From contig JAQUPG010000002.1 of the NCBI GenBank assembly GCA_028716725.1, positions 25,824 to 89,823 on the forward strand: DNA of 64,000 nt, given 5' to 3'. This stretch comes from Patescibacteria group bacterium. Its GTDB lineage: Bacteria; Patescibacteriota; Patescibacteriia; Patescibacteriales; JAQTRU01. Positions 1 through 8,899 of this stretch are shown here, piece after piece (positions within the stretch are counted from its first letter, which is position 1; every line of letters begins with the position of its first letter). Both the position numbers and the translations under genes were made by a program. The notes under the pieces were generated by a model. That model did no database searches, was not told the origin of the DNA, and worked only from the letters and a program-made list of their open reading frames with translations.

Positions 1-1184
1 GGACCAAAGGAAAAGTATTGGGTATTGAAGATTTGGCGAGGCACATCGTAAGGCTCGCTTAAAACGTTTTTGTTTGAATCAACAATGTTTTGGGCTATGG
101 TTCTATATTCATCTGCCAATTTTTCTAATTCCTTCGTATATTCACTCTGAAAAGCTAAACGTAATTCAATATCAACTTTTCCCGCCTCACCCGCCACCTC
201 GGTACTGCCCTGGGGAATAATCATCAAGGGGCACCCGGCTAAAGCTAACTCTTGGGTTTTTATACTTAAACCATCCCACATTTTATCAAGCTTTTCAGGG
301 TCGGTTTCTTTCGAGCCATAAGCTTGCGCTATTTCTCTTAAAAAATCCGGAAAACTTTCGTAAGAGGAAGGAATTTTATTTTCCAGGATAAGATTTTCCA
401 CTCTTTGAGCTAAGGTTTCTATCCTCCCAACCAGCCGAGACCATTCAAATTGAAAAACTTCACTATAAGTTTTTATGTCCGGATTTTCACCGCCAGCCTT
501 GTAAAGGTCATAGACATATTCAGACCCCTGTTTTCCCGCTAATTCAGTTTCGGCAGAGCCGCCCGGAGCGTCAGCCAACTCTATCTGTTTAACATAAGCC
601 TGGTCAACATATTTACCCAACAAAGCGGCCGCATCCAAAAAAAGGTCTAATTCCTCCCGGGTAGTCCCTATTTTTTCAAAAGTTTCTTCCGGCATTTCCC
701 TCGCCCAACGTTTTAATAAAACCGTTTTGGCTAATTGCCTTTCCGACGAAGCCAGTATCATTGACCGCCACGCGGAAGGATTAACGTCCCTTAATTTTTC
801 AATGCCGCCAAGGTACTGCAGCCTTAGGTTGGTTTCCATTTCGTCTCGGTCTGAAAGCGTTTCCTTTAATTCCTGATTCTCCGAATCATCAGCCGCTCCT
901 GCCCATTCACGGCATTTATCTTCAAAAAAATCTCCGGCGTATTTATCCCATTTCTCCGTCACGGCTTCATCCGCCTTTTCAAGAATTTCTTCTACACTCT
1001 TAATGTTCTCCGGGCAGGCCGGCCAGCCTTCTTTTTCGATTGATGTTCTTAAAAGATTCCTGATTTCTCTGGAAAAATCAATATATTCAGGCAACTTTTC
1101 GTCTCTTTTTAGAACATCAAGTCGATTTGTCTGGTCCGGGTTAAAACTTTCGCCGAACCTGGGGTTTCCAAAACCTTCTCTCAT
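1..1184 (-). CDS. Hypothetical protein, >390 aa, truncated by window edge
   Basis: Manual translation from ATG at 1184 (MREGFGNPRFGESFNPDQ...) stays open to position 1; absent from the ORF track because there is no stop in the window. No family recognised. Confidence 0.8.
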   Translation of the reverse strand, partial: MREGFGNPRFGESFNPDQTNRLDVLKRDEKLPEYIDFSREIRNLLRTSIEKEGWPACPENIKSVEEILEKADEAVTEKWDKYAGDFFEDKCREWAGAADDSENQELKETLSDRDEMETNLRLQYLGGIEKLRDVNPSAWRSMILASSERQLAKTVLLKRWAREMPEETFEKIGTTREELDLFLDAAALLGKYVDQAYVKQIELADAPGGSAETELAGKQGSEYVYDLYKAGGENPDIKTYSEVFQFEWSRLVGRIETLAQRVENLILENKIPSSYESFPDFLREIAQAYGSKETDPEKLDKMWDGLSIKTQELALAGCPLMIIPQGSTEVAGEAGKVDIELRLAFQSEYTKELEKLADEYRTIAQNIVDSNKNVLSEPYDVPRQIFNTQYFSFG

Positions 1185-1222
1185 ATTAGCCACTAATGAA
1201 TTAAATGAAATTAGTTAATCAG

Positions 1223-1294
1223 TCGGGCTGCGCAGAATTGAACTGCGATTGCACGCACCCGAAGCGTGCGTAATAGCCTTTATACCACAGCCCG
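1223..1294 (-). tRNA. tRNA-Pro(CGG)
   Basis: CGGGCTG/CAGCCCG acceptor stem, anticodon arm CACGC-TTCGGGT-GCGTG, T-loop GTTCAATTC; 3' CCA not encoded. Confidence 0.93.
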
Positions 1295-1305
1295 CTAATT
1301 TTTTA

Positions 1306-1644
1306 TTATTTCTTTATCAAATCGTCTCTTTTCAAGATTTTTTTAACTACCACATATAAAATCACCATCACGATAATAAATGTCAGCAAAGAACTTATGA
1401 TTGTCCCGATGTCAAAGCGCGTCCCGGCAAGGTTAAACGCCAAATTGGAAAATTTTTCTCCCGGCACGATTAAATCAATTAGAGGCGTAAAAATGCCCTT
1501 AACGATTGAATCTATCAAATCCTTTGAGGTCTGGGCGACAATCACGCCGATAGCCAGGCCAATCACGGAATATTCCTTCAAAAATTCAAGCAACCCTTTA
1601 GAGAAGCTTGTTTTATTGCTTTCGTCTTTTTTTTCTTGTTCCAT
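1306..1644 (-). CDS. mscL: Large-conductance mechanosensitive channel MscL family protein
   Basis: EFLKEYSVIGLAIGVIVA...IVKGIFTPLI motif, two TM helices, 112 aa. Confidence 0.88.
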   Translation of the reverse strand: MEQEKKDESNKTSFSKGLLEFLKEYSVIGLAIGVIVAQTSKDLIDSIVKGIFTPLIDLIVPGEKFSNLAFNLAGTRFDIGTIISSLLTFIIVMVILYVVVKKILKRDDLIKK

Positions 1645-1685
1645 ATTTTTATATCTTAATTTATAATATGTAAAAATATATTATG

Positions 1686-1797
1686 CCCCACTTCGTTAAA
1701 ACTTCGCGGGGCCCCACTTCGTCCGTCTATTATCTATTAAATAATTTTGTGCGTGCGCCGCGGAGCTCGCTAAGCAAAAGCGAAGCGAGCGAAGTGG
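1686..1797. repeat. CCACTTCG...CGAAGTGG palindromic element(s) abutting the tRNA-Ala 3' end
   Basis: CCCCACTTCG-TTAAAA-CTTCGCGGGG at 1686-1711; inverted pair CCACTTCG (1714) / CGAAGTGG (1790-1797); related CCCCACTTCG start at 26967. Confidence 0.6.
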
Positions 1798-1870
1798 TGG
1801 ACCTGAGGAGACTTGAACTCCTTACCTTCGCAATGCGAATGCGACGCTCTACCAGATGAGCTACAGGCCC
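1795..1870 (-). tRNA. tRNA-Ala(CGC)
   Basis: GGGCCTG/CAGGTCC acceptor stem with G3:U70, anticodon arm TCGCA-TTCGCAT-TGCGA, ends ACCA. Confidence 0.95.
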
Positions 1871-1890
1871 TAAAAGCTAAAAGCTAACAT

Positions 1891-2622
1891 CTATCCCCCT
1901 ACCAGCTCTATACTCTTTATCGTAATATCAGCTAGCGGGTGGTCGTTTTCATTAGCTTCCCCTGCCTCAATTTTATCTACTATCTCCATTCCGCTTGCGA
2001 CATAACCGAAATTAGTGTGTTTACCGTCCAGCCAGGGCGTAGATTCGGCCGTGACGATAAAAAACTGCGAACCGTTGGTGTTCGGCCCGGAATTGGCCAT
2101 AGCCAAACTGCCCCGCACTAATTTATGCTCATTGATTTCATCCTGAAATTGATATCCCGGCCCGCCTGTGCCGTCGTCCGCCCAGTTATCATCCTTGCTT
2201 AACGGGTCACCGCCTTGGATCATAAAATTCTTTATTACCCGGTGAAATTTTGTGCCGTTATAGAATCCGGCTTTGGCTAAATTTAAAAAATTGTTAACGG
2301 TTAAAGGGGATTCTTGGCTGTAAAAAGCCACGACAATATCGCCCAGATTTGTTTTTATCACGGCCTGGCTGACCCGCGAAGCCAAATCTTCCAGTTGAAT
2401 CTGATTTTCTCCGGCAGTATCGTTTGAAGCCGATGATTTCTTTGTTGGCTTTAATTTTGGCGTCATACCTTCGTTAATATCATTTATTCTCTGCACCACT
2501 CCGCTGTCATCATAACCGGATATATTATTCGGCATATTTTTTTCCGTTATTTCGCCAGTTGTGCTTTGGCTGCACCCGGAAACAATAAATAAAATTATAA
2601 TTAATAAAAATATTTTTTTCAT
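1891..2622 (-). CDS. Cyclophilin-type peptidyl-prolyl cis-trans isomerase, lipoprotein
   Basis: FHRVIKNFMIQGGDP, MANSGPNTNGSQFFI and WLDGKHTNFG motifs; N-terminal lipobox IVSGC. Confidence 0.95.
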   Translation of the reverse strand: MKKIFLLIIILFIVSGCSQSTTGEITEKNMPNNISGYDDSGVVQRINDINEGMTPKLKPTKKSSASNDTAGENQIQLEDLASRVSQAVIKTNLGDIVVAFYSQESPLTVNNFLNLAKAGFYNGTKFHRVIKNFMIQGGDPLSKDDNWADDGTGGPGYQFQDEINEHKLVRGSLAMANSGPNTNGSQFFIVTAESTPWLDGKHTNFGYVASGMEIVDKIEAGEANENDHPLADITIKSIELVGG

Positions 2623-2626
2623 ATAA

Positions 2627-3226
2627 TTATAACTTCCGCAAAATCGCTTTGTTGATAATTTTTAAACCCTGCTCATAATCAGCTTCTATTAATTTCTTCC
2701 CGGCTGGCATAGTTTTCCGCCAGCTTCTTTCTAATTTAGCTTTAAGCCATTTCGCCCCCTCCAAGGTTTCATATTTATGGATATTAAAAGTCAAATAGCA
2801 CATATCAAAAAACTCGGTAATATGCGACATGGCGTCAGCCGAAGCTAAAATTCTGGCCTCTTTGCTTTTATGCTCCAGCCTGATGCTGCCGCGGTGGCTG
2901 ATAATGCATTCTTGGACTTTTTTAATCTTTTCTTTTGAGAAACCAAGCTCAGCGAGTATTTTACCAGCTAATCTGGCGCCGTGCAAGTGGTGCTTTTTAT
3001 ATAATCTATAATCCAAGATTCCGGCATAGTCATGGAGATATGCTGCCAATTCCAGAACTTCTAAATCAGCTTTTAGCTTTCTGCCTAGATATAAACTGTG
3101 ATCAACTACCGGTAAAATATGATAAGGCCAGTCTGTATAAGAAAAATGATTATGGGCAGAATAACAGGCGTCTTTTACTAATTTCTTCACTTTCTGTCTT
3201 ATTTTTTTATAATTATAATTCTTCAT
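2627..3226 (-). CDS. HD-domain phosphohydrolase
   Basis: H...AAYLHD...HH...SHR...ADAMSH metal-binding pattern. Confidence 0.85.
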   Translation of the reverse strand: MKNYNYKKIRQKVKKLVKDACYSAHNHFSYTDWPYHILPVVDHSLYLGRKLKADLEVLELAAYLHDYAGILDYRLYKKHHLHGARLAGKILAELGFSKEKIKKVQECIISHRGSIRLEHKSKEARILASADAMSHITEFFDMCYLTFNIHKYETLEGAKWLKAKLERSWRKTMPAGKKLIEADYEQGLKIINKAILRKL

Positions 3227-3674
3227 ATTTTATCACTTTGCCATTTTTATCAAAATAAAATCTTTTATGCTGATACTGCCCGCTAAGCAACGGCTTTAAC
3301 CAATATTGGTCATCGTCCCACATTTTATCCAAAGGCACCTCATTAATCTTAAACCATTTTAATTCACCCTCACCCATATCTTTCGGCTCGCCTTCCCAGT
3401 CGCGGCAGACAAAAACATTAGCTAAAGTGTTTATCGTTTCATTGCCGACAAAAATATATTCCAATTCCCCTAATTTTTCCGGCTTTTTCATTGTAACGCC
3501 TGTCTCCTCCTTAACCTCTCTTATAGCCGACTCCTCAAAAGTTTCATCAGGCTTCTTTTTCCCGCCCGGCCCGTTCCACTTGCCTTCCCCAAATCCCCGG
3601 CTCTTGCATTGCAGTAAAACTTCGCCTTTTTCGTTAAGTATGTAACAATGAGTGGTAAAAAATGAAAAATCCAT
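3213..3674 (-). CDS. NUDIX hydrolase (MTH1/8-oxo-dGTPase-like)
   Basis: RGFGEGKWNGPGGK, Nudix box REVKEETG, MWDDDQYWL motif. Confidence 0.9.
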   Translation of the reverse strand: MDFSFFTTHCYILNEKGEVLLQCKSRGFGEGKWNGPGGKKKPDETFEESAIREVKEETGVTMKKPEKLGELEYIFVGNETINTLANVFVCRDWEGEPKDMGEGELKWFKINEVPLDKMWDDDQYWLKPLLSGQYQHKRFYFDKNGKVIKYEEL

Positions 3675-3796
3675 GGGTTAGCTAATTAGTTACTTAAAAA
3701 ATTAATTGATTATTTAGAAATTGGATATTGAAAATTGATTGAAAATTGATAATTGTAAACTGAAAATTGTTTACGTTATGCGTTATGCGTTCCACG

Positions 3797-4783
3797 TTAT
3801 GCGTTTATTAATTCATAATCTCTCGTCCCCAGCCCAATCTTAGCTCCATGCTCCAATTGCGCATCCCCGTTTTGTTTTTCAAAATCTTTGCATTGCTTAA
3901 TTACCAAATCATAGGATGCCTGGTCAATCGCTACTGGATCAGGCGAAGCTAATAAGCCAATATCGCTAGTCATTGGGCTCATCTCTTCGTTGGCGCAATC
4001 GCATTTTTCCGTAATGTTTATTAAAAAATTTATATAAAAAGCTTCTCTGCCTAAAACCCCGGCTAAAGCGTATTCGGCCAGCCTTTTTCTAAAAACATTT
4101 ACGTCTTTTTCTCCCCAGGGAATGGAAATCGCGCCCGTCGGACAAACCGAAATGCATTTTGAACAGCTAATGCATTTATCGGTATTGATCTTGGCTTTGC
4201 CGCTATTGTCAAAAGCAATCGCTCCCACCGGGCAATTAGCAATACAAGCGCCGCAAGCCGAGCATTTTTCTGGCTTAACCTGGTGTTTGATAAACGCGTG
4301 CAGAGCCAGTTTCCCTCTTCTGCCCGCCAGGCCCATGGATAAATTTTTTATCGCGCCGCCGAAGCCGGAGCTGATATGCCCCTTAAAATGGGAAATTACC
4401 AATAATGATTTATATTTAGCCAGGCCCTTGCCTAAAAAGCATTCTTTAAAAAACTCTCCCTTGATTTTTATAGCGTCCACATCATCCCCAAGCTCGCCAT
4501 CAAGAATATCAATCTCGGCAAAATCAAAACCGTGCTCACGCGCTAATTTTTTATGCGTAGTTGCCTGGCTCCTCGGGCTCTTATATAAAACATTGCATTC
4601 AACTAAAACCGGATTTTTTACCATCCCGGCTATTTCTTTAACGTAGCCAGCCGGCAGATAAGTAACATTGCCTTCTTCGCCAAAATGAACTTTTATCCCC
4701 AAAGGCGCGGGAAATTCAGGCAATAAACTTTTGATCTTATTTAATTCGCTTAATTTAACAAAATATACTTTTGCTTTAGCCAT
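3797..4783 (-). CDS. DUF362 domain / 2x[4Fe-4S] protein
   Basis: IKVHFGEEGN, SHFKGH...FGGAIKNLSMG, two CxxCxxCxxxCP motifs, CDC, DPVAIDQAS. Confidence 0.9.
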   Translation of the reverse strand: MAKAKVYFVKLSELNKIKSLLPEFPAPLGIKVHFGEEGNVTYLPAGYVKEIAGMVKNPVLVECNVLYKSPRSQATTHKKLAREHGFDFAEIDILDGELGDDVDAIKIKGEFFKECFLGKGLAKYKSLLVISHFKGHISSGFGGAIKNLSMGLAGRRGKLALHAFIKHQVKPEKCSACGACIANCPVGAIAFDNSGKAKINTDKCISCSKCISVCPTGAISIPWGEKDVNVFRKRLAEYALAGVLGREAFYINFLINITEKCDCANEEMSPMTSDIGLLASPDPVAIDQASYDLVIKQCKDFEKQNGDAQLEHGAKIGLGTRDYELINA

Positions 4784-4812
4784 AGGGTTTGAACAAACTT
4801 CATTTATATTTC

Positions 4813-4874
4813 ACCTCACCCCGTCGCTATCGCTCCTCCCCTCTCCTAATTAGGAGAGGGGTTGGGGGTGAGGT
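4813..4874. repeat. ACCTCACCCC...GGGGTGAGGT palindromic element (family C)
   Basis: Perfect 24-bp core palindrome CCCCTCTCCTAATTAGGAGAGGGG at 4838-4861; relatives at 9736 and 39511. Confidence 0.85.
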
Positions 4875-4922
4875 ATTATTCGTAATTTGTAGATTTGAAT
4901 TTATTTGCAGATTCGCATTATA

Positions 4923-6422
4923 TTATTTTACCCAAAATTCTCCCTTTAATTCTTTATCATCTTCCATTTTCTTTTCTTCAATTCTGCCTTTGGCTTTTTT
5001 CCTTAATTCGTCCAGCTCCATTTTATTCAACTCCTTGCTTCTTTTTTCCAGATATTTCTTATTATTCAATTCCGGGTCTTCAATCACTTCGGATAAAAGC
5101 ACGTCTAAAATCGCCCCGATTTTCGGCCCCGGAGTTATTTTCAGTAATTTTATTAAATCATCGCCGTTAATTTTAAGCATCTTGGCTGAAATCGGGTCTT
5201 TCCTGACTTTTTTCATCATATATTCAAGGTGCCGGAGTTTATAGGGTTTAGCCTTAGGCACGCCAGACCCGAGGCGGTCCGCCACCCGCAAATCGATTAA
5301 ATCAGCCAGGTTTTCCTCACCCACTTTTTTAATCAAGCGCCTGACCGAGGCTTCGGTTACTTCTCCGACATTATAATAAAACATATGGTGACGGATTAGA
5401 TTCGTTACCTTCTCCAAATCTTCGTTGGAAAATTTCAGGCGTTGCATTATTTTTTTAGCGATTTTAGCCCCGATAATGTCATGATTGTAAAAAGTGGCAT
5501 CTCCGCCGATAAACCTTTTGGCCTGCGGTTTGGCAATATCGTGAAGCAAAGAAGCGAATTTTACCCGCCAGTCCTTATTCGGGCAGTATTTTAAAGACAA
5601 AACCGAATGGTTAAAAACCGTGTAAATATGGTGCCGGTTCTGGTCAACCCCGACTCCCCGCTCCAGTTCCGGCAGGATATACTGCAATAATTTATTGTCA
5701 TGGAGAAACATTATTCCCTCATAAGCTTTATTGCTTTCCAAAATTTTTATGAGCTCATCGCGGATTCTTTCCTGAGAAACAAATTTAATCCCGCCCGCCA
5801 TTTTTTTTATGGCTCTTTCCGTCTTTGGCTCAATCGAAAAATCAAGCTGGCAGGAGAGTCTAATCGCCCGCATCATGCGCAAAGCGTCTTCCTTAAATCT
5901 GTCTTCCGGCTCCCCTACTGCCCGAATAATCTTTTTATCTAAATCTTTCCGCCCGCCGAACAAATCTACAATTTCAGCTTTATGACTAGCTACAGCATCT
6001 TTAAAATCCGAAATCCGAAATCCGAAATCCGAAATCCGAATTGCCATCGCATTTATCGTAAAATCCCGCCTCTCTAAATCTTTCTCTAAACTATCTTCAA
6101 ATCTAACCTCGTCCGGATGCCTGCGGTCGCTATAGCCCTGCTCGCTGCGGTAAGTGGTTATTTCTATGACGTCTTCGGTTTTATCCTCTTTATCCTTAAT
6201 CGGCACTAACACCGTACCAAACTTATTCTCATATTTACCTCCGGGGAAAACTTTCAAAACTTCCTCCGGCCGGGCCTTAGTAGTTACGTCCCAATCCCCC
6301 GGTTCTTTTCCCATTAATAAATCACGCACGCATCCACCTACAATATAGGCCGCAGAGCCCGCCTTTTCTAATTTTTCCGTTATTTCCTGAACATATCCCG
6401 GTATATTCATCTTCTTTTCCAT
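4923..6422 (-). CDS. cca: CCA tRNA nucleotidyltransferase (class II) with HD domain
   Basis: YIVGGCVRDLL, DWD, RRDFTINAMA, EDALRMMRAIR, LLHDIAK motifs. Confidence 0.93.
   Translation of the reverse strand: MEKKMNIPGYVQEITEKLEKAGSAAYIVGGCVRDLLMGKEPGDWDVTTKARPEEVLKVFPGGKYENKFGTVLVPIKDKEDKTEDVIEITTYRSEQGYSDRRHPDEVRFEDSLEKDLERRDFTINAMAIRISDFGFRISDFKDAVASHKAEIVDLFGGRKDLDKKIIRAVGEPEDRFKEDALRMMRAIRLSCQLDFSIEPKTERAIKKMAGGIKFVSQERIRDELIKILESNKAYEGIMFLHDNKLLQYILPELERGVGVDQNRHHIYTVFNHSVLSLKYCPNKDWRVKFASLLHDIAKPQAKRFIGGDATFYNHDIIGAKIAKKIMQRLKFSNEDLEKVTNLIRHHMFYYNVGEVTEASVRRLIKKVGEENLADLIDLRVADRLGSGVPKAKPYKLRHLEYMMKKVRKDPISAKMLKINGDDLIKLLKITPGPKIGAILDVLLSEVIEDPELNNKKYLEKRSKELNKMELDELRKKAKGRIEEKKMEDDKELKGEFWVK
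6004..6038. repeat. (AAATCCG)x5 perfect heptamer tandem repeat inside cca
   Basis: Five exact copies; encodes RISDFGFRISDF. Confidence 0.95.
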
Positions 6423-6549
6423 ATTCTTATTATAACATAAAAAGCCAACTTTTAAATTGGCATAATCTATATTAAATAATAACGAAAAATTAAAATCTAG
6501 TCAAAAAATATAAAAAATAAGGGCAATCCGCTTAGCAAGCAAATCGCCC

Positions 6550-6933
6550 TCAAATAGGTTGCACCTTTTTTGGTTTCCGGGCATATTCTTCCGCCAATCT
6601 TTGAAGCTCCCTGGCTTTTTCTTCTTCCAGATCTAATTTGGCAATTATTTCATCAATAGCCATTTTGGCTACGAAAGCGGCAAAAATCGGCGCACCCTCA
6701 AAAACTCTTTTGGCTAAATCGAATATCTCGCCGGGAAGGACAAAAATGGTTTTAAAAGCGCTCAAAGCCGCTTCTTTATTGCCTTCCGCCATCGCGCTCT
6801 TGACTGAGCTTGTCAAGAAACTCAATTTAAGCTCATATTGGAATGATTTGCCGCTGGCTTCTGGCAATCTATCGACTTTACCTTTCCCCGAATTTTTTGG
6901 CCCATCCGGGGGATTTACAGAATTAACTCCCAT
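6550..6933 (-). CDS. Hypothetical protein
   Basis: 127-aa ORF with AAGGAG SD and an upstream TTGACA-17-TAGCAT promoter. Confidence 0.7.
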   Translation of the reverse strand: MGVNSVNPPDGPKNSGKGKVDRLPEASGKSFQYELKLSFLTSSVKSAMAEGNKEAALSAFKTIFVLPGEIFDLAKRVFEGAPIFAAFVAKMAIDEIIAKLDLEEEKARELQRLAEEYARKPKKVQPI

Positions 6934-7066
6934 CGGCTTGCTCCTTTCAATGTTAAAAAAAACAGATTTATTTTTAGCTTTTTATGCTATCATAATTTTT
7001 TCTTTATGTCAATAAAAAACACCGAATCTTGACAAAACGGCGCTCTATTATATCTTTAATAATTTT

Positions 7067-7540
7067 CTAACCCTGATAAATTTTCCCGACTTTATAATTT
7101 TTTATAATTCCTTCGGTATTATCAAGCATTTTGGCTGGCAAATCATCTAGACTATACCATCTCCATTCTTTACATTTATCCGGCTCCATTATCCTCGGCT
7201 CACCATCCTTATATTTGGCTTTAACTCCTAAGCCAAGATAATGCTTATTATCTGTCTTTATATAACGTAATTCGTCATAAACAGATATCAACTCGAATTC
7301 TTCCACGTCCAAATCGGTTTCTTCTTTTACTTCGCGTCTGGCAGTTTCAAAAACGGTTTCTCCAAAATCAAGATGTCCGCCCGGAAAGCTCCATTCTCCG
7401 GCTCCGTGCGAACCCTGGCGCAAACCTAAAAGCACCTCGCCCTTTTTGTTCTGGATCATCACGCCAATGCCGACACGAGGGTAGGGCCATTTTGAGTTGG
7501 CTCTTATTTTTTCTATTTCTCTTTTTGTTAATTTCTCCAT
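7067..7540 (-). CDS. NUDIX hydrolase (NUDT15-like)
   Basis: PRVGIGV, GSHGAGEWSFPGGHL, REVKEETD, EPDKCKEWRW. Confidence 0.9.
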   Translation of the reverse strand: MEKLTKREIEKIRANSKWPYPRVGIGVMIQNKKGEVLLGLRQGSHGAGEWSFPGGHLDFGETVFETARREVKEETDLDVEEFELISVYDELRYIKTDNKHYLGLGVKAKYKDGEPRIMEPDKCKEWRWYSLDDLPAKMLDNTEGIIKNYKVGKIYQG

Positions 7541-7541
7541 A

Positions 7542-8138
7542 TTACTTTTCCATTAATTTAAATTCCCAAAAACGAGCGCTTTTGTAATAATGGCCTTCCA
7601 TCGCCTTCTTTAGTTCAGTGATACTGACTAATCTCCACTTCGGTTCATTCCCGCCCGGATCAATTAATCTAACTTTACTGCCTTTCAAATAAACTCTGTC
7701 TACTACTGACAAATGTCCTCCGTCATTGCCCTGACCATACAACTTTTTATAATTAAAGCAAGCTAAAATATCTTTATTTTGTTTTTCGGCCTTAATTAAA
7801 AAATCACTAAAATCATTAATATTCTTAAATTTATCTATGGGATGAAATTTTATTTCTAAAGGTATTTTTAAACGTTTCAGCGCTTTATTCGGCTCGTATA
7901 TTTTTAAATAACTTCTCGTACCATAGCCGGCTGGCGGTCTTTTCCCGACTGCCACCCGCCAAAAATATTTTCTGTCTTTTTGGGGTACAATTAAACCCAA
8001 ATAATAACCTAACAATTCCTGAGATATTAAAGGAATATGGTGGCGGTACATAATCATTAATATACAGGTCGGTACACAACACCAAGGTTGTTGAGTGAAC
8101 GGAATATACCGTGTATCTTTTGGCGTAACATCTTTCAT
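7542..8138 (-). CDS. Peptidase C39-like (papain-fold) protein; start uncertain
   Basis: QQPWCCVPTC (Q..C), GGHLSVVD (H), LIDP (D); start moved downstream to avoid overlap with the upstream gene. Confidence 0.65.
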   Translation of the reverse strand: MKDVTPKDTRYIPFTQQPWCCVPTCILMIMYRHHIPLISQELLGYYLGLIVPQKDRKYFWRVAVGKRPPAGYGTRSYLKIYEPNKALKRLKIPLEIKFHPIDKFKNINDFSDFLIKAEKQNKDILACFNYKKLYGQGNDGGHLSVVDRVYLKGSKVRLIDPGGNEPKWRLVSITELKKAMEGHYYKSARFWEFKLMEK

Positions 8139-8191
8139 AAATTTTATGTTCACGATACTCATTATATGATACGAGATACGCGTTATGCGAT

Positions 8192-8725
8192 TTAGAATCT
8201 TTTTAGCCATTTTAAAATTGCCCAAGCAATTAATCCTCCGGCTACGGCCGTGGCAAACTGCGGCCAGCTTAAAATTTGCGCTACCTTAATCGTCAATTCC
8301 TGTTTAATAAGCAGCCGGCCGATGAAATTTACGCTAGCCAGCAAAAATAAGAACTTTAATCCGGCGCCAACTAAAACTCCGAGCCAATAACCGCGAACTT
8401 CTTTCTTATTCTGATTATAAATCCATTCGATGCTTAAAACGAAAATTACGTTACTAATCATAATAAAAGGTATTACCGGAGCTAAAACCGCCGGCAATAA
8501 CCCTCCGGCCAAAGCCATCAAAGAAGGAATTAAACAAACTACTAAAGCGCTCCTGATGCCCACTAAGAACAAAACTAAGATTAAAATGGCGTTAATGATC
8601 GGACCGGTTATCCACTGCAGATGAATAAAAAACGGCAGAAGCGTCGCTACACTGGCCAGCCCTAAAAATTGCGCTATTGCCTTAGCATCCACGCGAGCTA
8701 TGGTTTGTTCTTCTGTATAAATCAT
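8192..8725 (-). CDS. ECF transporter S-component-like membrane protein
   Basis: 177 aa, about 5-6 TM segments, QWITGPIINAIL and SWPQFATAVAGG motifs. Confidence 0.7.
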   Translation of the reverse strand: MIYTEEQTIARVDAKAIAQFLGLASVATLLPFFIHLQWITGPIINAILILVLFLVGIRSALVVCLIPSLMALAGGLLPAVLAPVIPFIMISNVIFVLSIEWIYNQNKKEVRGYWLGVLVGAGLKFLFLLASVNFIGRLLIKQELTIKVAQILSWPQFATAVAGGLIAWAILKWLKRF

Positions 8726-8744
8726 AATCTTAGTCTTAAAATAT

Positions 8745-8896
8745 ATAATAACTCAATAATCAAGAACCAATAATCAAACAATAATCAATAAATAATAAAC
8801 AAATGATACAAATAAAAAAATTTTAATAAAAAATAAGTTTGGTTATTAATTATTGAATTTTAGAATTTGTTTGGCTTTTGATTATTGATTATTTTA
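8745..8896. repeat. Inverted degenerate heptamer tract
   Basis: CAATAAT/CAAGAAC-type units followed by reverse-complement ATTATTG-type units. Confidence 0.75.
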
Positions 8897-8899
8897 CCC

